From positions 1-60,901 of the forward strand of contig JADIIX010000137.1 of NCBI GenBank assembly GCA_027604505.1: 60,901 bases of DNA, in the 5' to 3' direction. This DNA comes from Gonapodya sp. JEL0774. Taxonomy: Eukaryota. Every line of letters begins with the position of its first letter. Positions within the stretch are counted from its first letter, which is position 1. The position numbers were made by a program, and so were the translations under genes. Shown one piece after another: positions 51,114-60,901 of the stretch. The notes under the pieces are model-generated. The model saw nothing but the letters and a program-made list of their open reading frames with translations. It was not told the origin of the DNA and did not search any database.

Positions 51114-51481
51114 CACCCGCGATGAATTGATTTGGTTGAGTGGATTTGCTGCGATGTCGGAAGTGCTGTGGTCGGGCTCACCGGTCTGAACCTCTATGAA
51201 CCTGTGACTGTTGAAATGGTCTATATTCACGGTAAGTTCTAATTTTGCGCACTGGGAGAATCATCGTCTGATGTATTCTTGCTTGTTTTGGACACTTCCA
51301 GGAGGCCAAATCGTCCAGCAGAGAGCGTTCAGCTTCGGATTGGTTAAGGACACAGTCCTCGGGGTCTTTTCGGTCCTCTGGTTGTTTGTCGTAACACTTT
51401 TCTCGGTAGGTCATGCAAGTTCGTGATCGTCACAGCCGGCCTCACAGGCGTTCAAGCCCAATAGCACTCCTTCCACATCAA

Positions 51482-51962
51482 CTAGATCATCTGCACAGGG
51501 AAGAAGTGGCGTGACTAGTGAAGCTTGGGACCGTGGAGCAGGCCAAGGGGCGACACGGCGTCTGGGTGGCAACATACACGGAATGGGAAGCTCTTGTAAG
51601 TGTGAGAAGGATTTACAGCGGCATTGTGTACGTAGTAACAGCCAGTGCGAACCGTCAGCTTCCTGCAACATGCCGGGAGCTGGTGGCTCCTGAGGCAATT
51701 AAATGCGCCGAGCACTGTCTCGTCGCGCGTTTTCTTCTTTTCTCTCGTTGCACACGTGGTGCATCCCCCCTCCCTGGCGGGTTGAGCTTGAGGGGTTGCC
51801 ATTGATGAAGCAGCGTTCCAAATTCCTTGCATAAAGGAAGAGGCGCTTGCTGACACAACTATGTGCCGATTGTGAGACTTCCTGGGTGTCCAGTGGAAAA
51901 GGAGGCTGTAATACGATGCAGAGTGACCAGTGGTCCTTTCCTTGATTGATAGAACTTGACAT
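51482..51962 (-). CDS. Small Cys-rich hypothetical protein (~115 aa, probably two introns)
   Basis: Manual splice gives MSSSINQGKDH|WKSHNRHIVVSASASSFMQGIWN..GGCTTCATREKKK..NCLRSHQLPACCRKLTVRTGCYYVHN..YKSFPFR|MI*. The first donor (GTCACT) is weak. An alternative end at 51411 is possible. Confidence 0.45.
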
Positions 51963-52520
51963 TTAAGTTAAGTTGGTTTGTGTTAATTCTGATGGAACAG
52001 TTAGTCTGAGGGACAGGCATCATCTACTCATCCGCGCAAACGTACAACCACTGGACCCGTGGAGAGCTACTCCACAAGAATATACACGTTGATGTATCTT
52101 TTGCTATCTTTGAACCTACATCACCACCACTTTGTACGTTGGGTTAGAAAATGACGTTCGATGTGAGTCAAGCCATGCTTCGGGCTTGGTGCCCCGGCTG
52201 GTGACCACCGTGGTTACGCATACAACATGTGATACCTGGGCACCATAAGACTTAAGATAAGGGGAAACCTCAGCAAATCATTCTGTGTATGAAGGTAATA
52301 CGGTAGTGCCTTCGGCCATGCACTTTCGACAGACTTCCGGCCCAACTAGTTCAGCTCACAGCCAAAAAAGTGAGGGATCCGAGCGTACCTTGGTCAATGA
52401 TTGAATATGAGGGAAAGTTGAGTTGGTCATGTCAGTTGCTATGTTTTCGCACTCGCACGGGAGTACCTGGACCACAGTAATCGAATAGGTGAACTGCTCA
52501 GTTTCAATCAATTGATTCAC

Positions 52521-55500
52521 ATGCCCGTTGACCCTCCTGACCTCGAACTCGGGTCTGCTTCCTTCACTAGCCAGAATTGTACAGACTCTCCCACTTCAAC
52601 TCCTGCTCGCGGACGTGGCCGACCAAGAGGATCTGGAACTGCCAGCGGGAGAGGACGAGGACGACCTCGAGCCCCTGGTAAATTTTTCAATCAACGACTC
52701 TGGCACTGACTTTTTTATCATACAGCTTTCTCATCTAGTGGATCGGGGAACGGAAACGGGATTGTCGGGTGAGGGGAGCGATGACAATGATCGCGCTTTG
52801 AAGACGACTTCAAAACCCCGTGTCACGAAGAACCATCCAAATACAAGGAGGCCAACAAAGAAGAGAAAGGTTGTTCTTCGCTGTGGTTGCGCTTCTTACT
52901 CCAACTTCCCATCAACTCAATTAGTACTGTCCTCACACTGTCAGCCCTCTTCGGAGTCAGAAGCAGAATTCGTAACCTCCTCATCTTCATCCGAGAACTC
53001 TTTCTCTGGTGACGACCACGATGACGACGCACCTTCGGTCACAGAGGAAGCCGAACCTGGGGATGGTGCACCCGAGCTCCAAGTAGCAGACTCAACTGCA
53101 CCATCTTCCTCCGCCCCCGTACGCCGCAAATACGTTCGCAAAACCAAAACCCTACCTGAAACGTGCGATGGTGACGCTGACGGTGAAGCCGGTGATGAAA
53201 AGGGTGCCAACACCAACAAGCCCCCCAAACCGACACCTCCTGCCACCCTACCCCACCCTGCTCACCCTGCATATATCCTTCTTCTCCGAGCTGGCCTCAT
53301 CCACCGTCGTGTCCTCCTCACACCAGAGCAGTACGCCGCTCGACTCATCGCTGATGGCCTGACAGAGAAGGAGGTCAGACGGCATGAGATGGCGGCACGC
53401 AAGGTGATCAGATTAAATGGGATGCCGGCAAAAGGGATTAGACCGGTATTACCGAATGTACCTGGTGGTGCTAAGGCTGACCGTGATGGGGACAGAGCTG
53501 GCGGCGGTACCGACCAGGAGGAGGACTCCAAAATGAATCAAGAAGTTGGGAAAGCTTTGGCGCAGAACAAGCCACGGGGCCGCCCGAGGAAATCTCCGGC
53601 GGTGGTGGCTGATGGTGCGGCTGCAGCTTCTACTGCATCCTCAACTGACGCGTCAGGCGCCGTAGAGGAAGCTGTAGCCCCCAGAACAGAGGGAGAGGTG
53701 GGTAGTGACAGTGGGACTGGGAAGAAAGGCAAGGGACGAAGTGGCAGTGCGCTTGCGAGCACGCCTGGTGCATCGGCGGGGAGGAGTCGAGGTCGTGGGA
53801 GTCGCGGTGCCAAGGGGAAGGCTGGTCAACCTTCCAGGGACTCGTTAGTGTCAGAATCAGCACAAGAACGAGGACAAAACCTGGATGGTGCACCATCTGC
53901 AACACCCAATGACGTCACAGACAACCAAGGCGCACCCGGATCAACCACATCGGGTTTGCAATCAGGAAACGGGAGACCGTCGTCATCGCTCGAGGGGGCT
54001 CCAGGTTCGTCGGATCTTCAAAGTCTTGACCCAGCCTCAGCTACCAGCACTTCCCCGGGGCAATCTCACCTCTGGCCCCCATTCACCTCTAACAGACTCC
54101 GATGCCCGATTCCCTTATGCACACTCCATTGGGGAAATATTCCCGGACTCAAATGGCACTCAAAGAACTACGTGCACGATGCGTACGAGGTACTCAGGTG
54201 GTGTTTCCCGGCGAAGGAGCAGGAACTAGATGGGATTACAGATAAGGAGAATGAGGGGGACAAGGAGAAGGAGGAGGAAGAAGTGGACCACATCCTCCGC
54301 GCTGTCGAATTAACCGCCGAGTACCGCTCTGTTGTCCCCGACTCTAAATCTGTAACGATCCACAAAGTGTTTGCGGGGTCCCATCCTGTTGTGGGACGCT
54401 TCTTCTCTGCTGCTGGGTTGGACGCGTGGACAAGTCCGGCCACTTATTTGGAGCCCGTGGTGTTTCCAGGACAAGCCAGAACGTCCGAGTATGATTGGCT
54501 GTTGGGCGGACGGTTTGAATCTGGGTGGGTCAAGGTGTTATTGGGGGGGGGTGAGGCCGTTTTGGAGGGTTCGGCATCGCAAAGAGTATCCAGCGCTGCG
54601 TCCACGTCGGCATCTGCATCGGCTGACGCGGCCCTGTCCGCGTCTTTTCCGAAACCCAGCAAACGCCGTCGGCAAGTTAAACTGGCCAACGACCCTGACT
54701 CCGTGGCCTCGGACCTACCTGGGTCCACTCAAACCCCTGCCCACCTACTCGGCGCGCGGCCGGACACTGAGCTACCGCACATAGGTATGGTCTGTTCTGT
54801 GGTGCGGGACGAAGAGTGGGAGGAGGATTGTGGGACGGGAGTTGCTTTCAAAAAAACATCAAAGGCGAAGGAAGGAATTAGCAACTCTAAGGTGAAGGAG
54901 CCAGTTTGGAAAGAAGTGTGGCCAGAGACAGGGGAGTGGGAGGTGCTTGCAGGGGTGGAAGGGTGAGTTTGCATTCTCTGACTCCAGGACTCTTTCGATT
55001 GTACAAGTCGACAACCCAGAAGGAACTGGCAATCTGAAACAGAAACATGCTATCCTTCACACTCTCCCCCATCAGTAGATCTACTTTTCGCGAGTACTTG
55101 CCTGACCCGTCCACAACCACAATCCACTTCCTGACCCGCAAGGCAGGGAAATCGGCCGCTAAGAAGACCAAAGCGGGCCAAACTGACGTGGACTTACATC
55201 AAGAAGCAGAGCACGGGCACGGGGAGGGAAATCAATTTGATGGGCAGGAGGAAGAGCGAGAGAGACCGGGAGTGGTGTTGTCGCTATTTGAGACGTGCGC
55301 AATAGGTGAGCGGCAATTTTGCTTTCGGCGGAGGCCGTATTCGGGGTCGTTAAAAACTGATATGCATATGACTTGTGTTGAATGGTGGTGGTGGTGGTGA
55401 GACCACCCTAAGAAACGTGGCTTTGTGCTCAATACGGGGTTGAACGTGTGGGGATTGGATTGGTGCCACGGTATTCCCTATCAAGGTGCGTCTACATATA

Positions 55501-57736
55501 ACCAGGGATGTACGTATCGAAGGCCGGAACTGCAGTCACCTCTCAACAACCGATCTCTCCTCGCAGAATCCCGCTACATTGCCGTTGGCGGCTACCTCCA
55601 CGGTCCCACGGAGCACCACACTATGGATCGCAGTTTCGGTCCTAATTCTATCCAGATCTGGCGGTGTGGGGATTCCGTAACGGACCTGCCACGTGATCGC
55701 AATGCGAATGCGACTGGCGGAGCTATTCCCGTGTTGGAAATGTGCATTTTGCATGAATATGGAATTGTGAGAGATTTGAGATGGTGTAGCTATGGAAACT
55801 GGATGGGAGGGCATGAGTTGGAAGACGTGGTGAGTAGGCCGAAAGGAAGGGATAAACCGTGCAAACTTCACTCCAGAAAGTAAACACAACACAATAACCT
55901 TGTTGTACTTCCAAGAATCCCCCAGCCAACGCAATACCACGACTGGGTTTCCTTGCGGCAACTTTTGGCGACGGGGGCATGCGAATTTTCGTTGTTCCTC
56001 AGCCACGGGAACTCCGGAAACGGTTGCTAGGGGAGGGTTCCACGGGGCCAATTTTTGGTGCGTCTACATTACTGAGCAGACGTGAAGAGATCTTGCCCGA
56101 AACCTCATCTGTGGTGTGTGCTCGATAGTTCGATGTAACGCACCTTTAGCCGAAGTCACTGTATTAGGGGCAACATTGTTCCATCTTGCCTGGGGTGGTC
56201 ACGAGAAAATTGCGATCGGATGCTCCGACGGTAAGCCTTGAGGTTTGCCAGTTTGAGTATGTTGGGGATAAGCACTTCACGGTTTCTCAAGGACAGGTGG
56301 GATTCTTGTTGCAAGTGTTGCGGAAGCGATCCGAAACAGGTTGAGGCGGTCTAAAGGAAAAGGGAAAGGACCAGCGGGGTTTGAGCACACGAACAGTGAG
56401 TATTCCGTTGAACCACACACCCCATCCAAACCGGCCATCAAAACTAACTTCTCTGTTCCCATTACTAATAAAGTTGTCACTCAATGCATTGCCAACCACG
56501 ACTCACTCGTTCTCGGCGTTTCTTGGAATGAGCCCACCCGGAGACGGCGTGACCCTCGACTGCGAGCCTTAAGAGGCAAGGAAAACCTTCAAGAATGGCT
56601 CCAACCTCAACCTTGGCAGATTCTTTCGTCAGGCAGCGACGGGTACCTTGTGGTGACGGATGAGAGGGATCCCCACTGCGGCTTGCATTTGTTCAGAGTT
56701 CGGGGTGAGTCGGAGTGTCCCTAGTACTTGCTCAGAGTATGCCATATGGACACTGCCTTTATTATAAAAGGATTTCTTTCTGCGTCCCACTGGGCTGCGC
56801 AAGAAAACACGATTCTATTTGGTGATGCCGATTGCACCGTTCGTCTCGCCCGAATCGGTGAAGAGGATCCCAAGCGCGCCAAGGAAGACGATATGGCACC
56901 GATGATGGCGAGCAGGACGCTCATGGGTCACAAAGGACATATCTGGGTATGTAGAGAATTGGAAAGGGCGCGGTTCCGGTGAACTTTTCCGCGCTTATAA
57001 AGCACAACAATCTGCTCCGTTAGGACATTTCCTCTTCTGTGTATACCCCATTCGCTGTGTCGTGCAGTGTGGATGGAACCGTACGTATGGCCAACTGGAA
57101 CAGGCTTGGTGACCGAAGACACGTGGTGGGTAAAGTTCGGAACACGGTTGGGTCATTGGCCGGCCATTGATAGTGTCTTGGACTTGCTGTCGGCGTGATG
57201 TATTCTTTGCGTATGAGTAGCGACCAATCGTTGTCACCTTTTACAAGCTCGGATGGGAGGGTGAACGCGTTTACATGTTCCAAGAAGAATTGAATCGAGA
57301 GGTGAGGAAATCGATGTCGAAAGAGTGTATTATTTGCCCGACTTTTGTCTCAAAGGTAATTTGTATGCGTCTTTTGCGCGTTTCTTTGACAAACAAGGAT
57401 TTCCTAGCCTCCAATTATAAGAGTGGTGGGCAGCTCAACATTTTTCCAGAGACAGTTGCGATTCAGAAGGTGAGTAATTGATCTTTTGACACGCACCACA
57501 CTGTATTTTCTTCACTGCAAAGACTCACTAAACATGATAATCCCTTCCCTTTCATCCATTCATGAAATGAACTTATCGCGAACCCCTTCCTATCGCTTAC
57601 GATGACGACTGCTGTCACCGTGGAATATTTTGTGTACTACTGACAGGTTGTTTGGAACACTGATCTCTGTGCATGGTCGTGGGTAGTTTCAGGAGGTTCG
57701 GCAGGTCTCATACGGATCGACTCTGCGTTGCACTAG
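52521..57736 (+). CDS. GTF3C2: Transcription factor IIIC subunit (GTF3C2/Tfc6/Sfc6-like): AT-hooks, C2H2-like finger, WD40 repeats
   Basis: AT-hooks RGRGRPRG, GRGRPR and KPRGRPRK; LNTGLNVWGLDWC, IQIW, GIVRDLRWC, LAATFGDG; C-terminal QKVVWN..WSWVVSGGSAGLIRID. Confidence 0.8.
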
Positions 57737-57814
57737 TGCCAAATGAAAGATCACGTCTGCGCGTGTCACAGCGCATTAAATACACTTCACGTACTCACAA
57801 TATATGTTAATTAA

Positions 57815-58085
57815 GGGGAGGGGTATCGTACCGGGAGCATGGGGCTTCTGCTAGCGTGGGGAACGCATCGGTATTCGACTGCGTTGGCTGAAAGAGGCCG
57901 AGTCTTCGCGTTGAGAGCACTTTGGAAGTCACAGAAATGGAAAGTATTCTATAAGTTCACCTCCTTTTCGACCCCATAGAAGTATGGGTCCACTCCTCGA
58001 GCTTTATCAGTGAACTTAAGTGAATCATACAACGATTTTGAGAGAGGACGTTGACGACCGGGTATCCGCTTCCCCCGATCGTCCA
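57815..58085 (+). ncRNA. Candidate structured non-coding RNA or element of unknown family
   Basis: A contiguous series of hairpins with many G-U pairs on the + strand, in the intergenic space between GTF3C2 and the dynein LIC gene. No Rfam-type motif positively recognised. Confidence 0.3.
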
Positions 58086-58226
58086 ACACAAGATTGTCAG
58101 TTAAGTCGTCCGTTCGCGGGTACATGATGATTCCTCAGGGTTGGTAAGGATGAGTTTCTGGTATTTGTGGCTCTCACACTCAAATGCCATGGTCTTGGTT
58201 GTTGCACAATCGAGTTGTGATCCCCA

Positions 58227-60548
58227 ATGGTTTCCACTCATGATCCGTCCAAGGACAAGGAAAACATATGGACGACGCTATTAGCATCAGCCGCTTCGTC
58301 GAGACAGACACCCACGAGGAATGTCATCGTCCTTGGTGAGTGACAACATGTTGCAGTCTGCCGCATGTTATCACTCTGAATTACGACAATTTTACGGCCG
58401 TGACACCACTGTGCCTCTGAATCATAACTCGCAGGGGATGCTGAAAGTGGAAAGTCGACCATTATTGCCGCAATCAAGTCGGCAAATCCGGCGGACGCCC
58501 ATGTCGCGGTGAAGCCAGCCCCGGGAACTGACCTTGCTCTATCTTTCTCTTACATGGATCTCAGAGAGGAAGAAGGTTCGGCATTGTGATCTTATATGCG
58601 CCATGGCCCCATGTACACCGAATCCCATCATTCCTTCTCGTGAACGTCCCATTGATCCATCACGTCTTCTCCCATATGGGTGGTATCGGTGATAATCACA
58701 ACTAAACCGAATATTAATGAATCGCAGATGTAGTTGCCGCTCGGATAGGCTTTTATCATGTTGCCAGCAGCCCGTCCTACAGTTCGCTCCTCCGATTTTC
58801 GTTATCTGCCACCACCTTGGCAGGATCCCTTGTCGTCATCACCCTCGACTGGAAAAAACCATGGAACTTTGTAGAGTCGTGTGAGCGGTGGCTTAGCATT
58901 CTGCGAAATCGGGTGACCGAAATCGCGGAACGGAATCCTGAAGTTGTGGATGAGTGTAAGAGGGCACGTGAGTGACGGGGTGTATGTTATGTCTCCTGGA
59001 TATATTGCAGTGAGAGGCTCTCTAATGGGCTAGATCTCTTGGTGTGAAGTGATATCGGACAAGAATGGGAGCTGTTGCCTTAGAGTGCAGCGATAACCCC
59101 GAACAACAAAAACCTGCCCAACACTCGGGACATGATGGGTCATTAGCTGGATTTCGTCTCTTACTGGGTTCCTCGCATTCCAACTGTCGCATTCTACCTG
59201 CCTTTTCCAGTGGAATCCTTTGTTCGGTCGTATTCAGATCCATCAGACTCTGTCCCGAATGGAGACCTCCGACCCGACTCACCTCTTCCTGTACGCCCAC
59301 CACCATCGCCTGTGAAACAACCTTCATTACCGGGTTCTAGTCTTGCGACAGGCGTTTCCGTCGTTCCGACATCTTCCCCTGTTCAACCAGCACTCGCCCC
59401 AATGCCAGAGGGCTGTCTATTGGAGAACCTAGGCATCCCGATTGTCATTGTTTGCACGAAGGTGAGGAGAGCGAAAACCCGAAAGTTTGAATGCACAAGG
59501 GAAAAGTACCCGGATGCTTCCTTCCATCGGAAAGTCTGACACAATAGGTCTCCTGGAGCGGGAGGTCGAATACCGAGAAGAACATTTTGACTTCATCCAA
59601 CAAGCCCTTCGAACTTTGTGCCTTAGATGTGAGAGGAGCACGATGTAACTCCCTCTTGGGTTCATTGTCTCGCAAATGACCATTCATCCCTGACCCAGAT
59701 GGTGCGTCACTCGTATACACGTCAACCTCCAAACCACATACGTCTACCGCCCTACGATCCTACATTCTTCACCGTCTCCTTCACCAACTCCCACCATCAA
59801 CCGCATCGGATCCGTCTTCTGGCACCTCATCTCCTCGCCAGCTCCCATCCTTTCCATTCCTGCGCCGAGCGCAAGTGGTCGATCGTGACGCTGTACTCGT
59901 TCCCACTGGTTGGGACTCTTGGGGAAAGATTAGGGTGTTACGGGATGGCTTTGACTGTCCCAGCGCCGCTGACACTGGATCGGGGTCTCCACAATCCTCA
60001 ATTGACGGTGGCTCGGGAGCCCGGGACTATTTTTCGTCAGTCGTAAAAAAGCCAGTTGAGAAAGTGAGCCGTTGACGTTTGTACATGCATAAATGTGCAT
60101 TTTGACTGGCCGTTTCTCTGTAGCTTGTTATTCCCAACCCCACCATCGCGGCCGAGGACGACCAGGCTTTTCTTGAGCGACACATCGCCGTTCTCGGCGA
60201 TGGAACGTCTTCGGGGCGCGGTTCAGACTCCTTACTTCTCCGCACTACGTCTTCCAACTCCTACAGTGGTGACTTAGGTCCCAAATCACAAAGTCTAAGG
60301 GCTGTGAGTGATGTCACTTTGATGACTATTGCGCACAAAGGGGACTTCACGCGTCTCGTATCCTGGGCGTTTGCGAACCGTTTGCTTTTTAGGCGGGAAT
60401 AACACCGACCACAAATCCCACCGCCGCTGCCCCGCCAGGGGCTCAAACAGAGATGATTGAAAATTTCTTCAAAAATCTGTTGATCAAGAAAACTGGTGGT
60501 AGAGCTGCAAGTATGAGCAGCAAACGACCAGAGGACGCAAACCGATAG
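58227..60548 (+). CDS. DYNC1LI1: Cytoplasmic dynein 1 light intermediate chain
   Basis: ENIWTTLL..RNVIVLG|DAESGKSTII, LDWKKPWNFVES..RW, NLGIPIVIVCTK|SD, HFDFIQQALRTLCLR|YGASLVYTS, VVDRDAVLVPTGWDSWGKI, EDDQAFL, IENFFKNLL. Confidence 0.93.
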
Positions 60549-60901
60549 CGGTCGCCACATGTACAGTGTAATTAATATTAGATTTCCAGTGTCTCGTACA
60601 GTACATTATCCTTCACTCTTGCTCGTGATGCACACCATTAATCATTCATTTCGGCATATCCTGAGGTTGCATCTCACTGGTCGCCCCAAACGCCCGGAAC
60701 CAGCAATTGGAAACGAATGCTACGCAAATTAAATACAAAAGTAGAGTACGATCGGGAACATATTGAGTGACGTGGGTGAACCAGAGACATTCTTGGGATT
60801 TGATCAGAAAATGCTGATTATGTGGGCATATGTGAATTCTGGGGTACCCCACATGGGGTGGCGCCTCCTGGGGTGTTTCGCCACCACCCCAAATGAGAAT
60901 T

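Noticed and set aside
51330..51480. Possible selenocysteine TGA in the small Cys-rich gene via an alternative acceptor (..CYWA-TGA-TPV..)
   Set aside because: It needs a non-first acceptor, lacks a CxxU/UxxC redox motif or recognisable selenoprotein fold, and no SECIS was identified by eye.
53273..53285. ATATCCTT, resembling a U12-type AT-AC donor
   Set aside because: It lies within a continuous open coding exon, and no matching U12 branch point or AC acceptor is needed.
57952..58018. Minus-strand CTGATAA...GAAA within a stem, hammerhead-like
   Set aside because: The core deviates from CUGANGA and there is no stem III or NUH cleavage site.
57815..58088. Assignment of the structured segment to U11, RNase MRP/P, SRP, H/ACA snoRNA or TPP riboswitch
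   Set aside because: Only isolated short motifs match (GGGCTTCTG, GAAAG loop, ACA). The required companion motifs or spacing are missing.

Overview
Intron-rich, very gene-dense eukaryotic DNA with GT-AG introns mostly 50-80 nt long. The mix of fungal-type housekeeping genes with centriole/flagellum genes (CatSper2, LRRC45) points to a zoosporic early-diverging fungus; a chytrid/monoblepharid such as Gonapodya is an inference, not proven. About 18 protein-coding genes were reconstructed by manual splicing: D-2-hydroxyglutarate dehydrogenase (5' truncated), a two-RRM protein, LTN1/RKR1, a CatSper2-like sperm Ca2+ channel subunit, a second two-RRM protein, KIF22-like kinesin, TTC27/EMW1, ASCC3/SLH1, an unknown ~570-aa ORF, LCMT1/PPM1, a PHO80/PCL cyclin, DBP8, ataxin-10, an IQ-TCP11 protein, LRRC45, a small Cys-rich orphan, TFIIIC subunit GTF3C2/TFC6 and dynein light intermediate chain. 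Most notable: (i) a fungal CatSper2 with an intact TLDQW pore; (ii) six head-to-tail minus-strand genes separated by only 12-129 nt; (iii) LCMT1 is in frame with the downstream orphan ORF across a single TGA that lies inside a GTATGA splice donor; (iv) a hairpin repeat family sits in two adjacent introns; (v) some introns have G-rich 5' and C-rich 3' halves; (vi) a densely base-paired intergenic segment may be an ncRNA. No rRNA, tRNA, CRISPR array or autonomous transposon was seen. Family calls come from recalled motif similarity, not from database searches.
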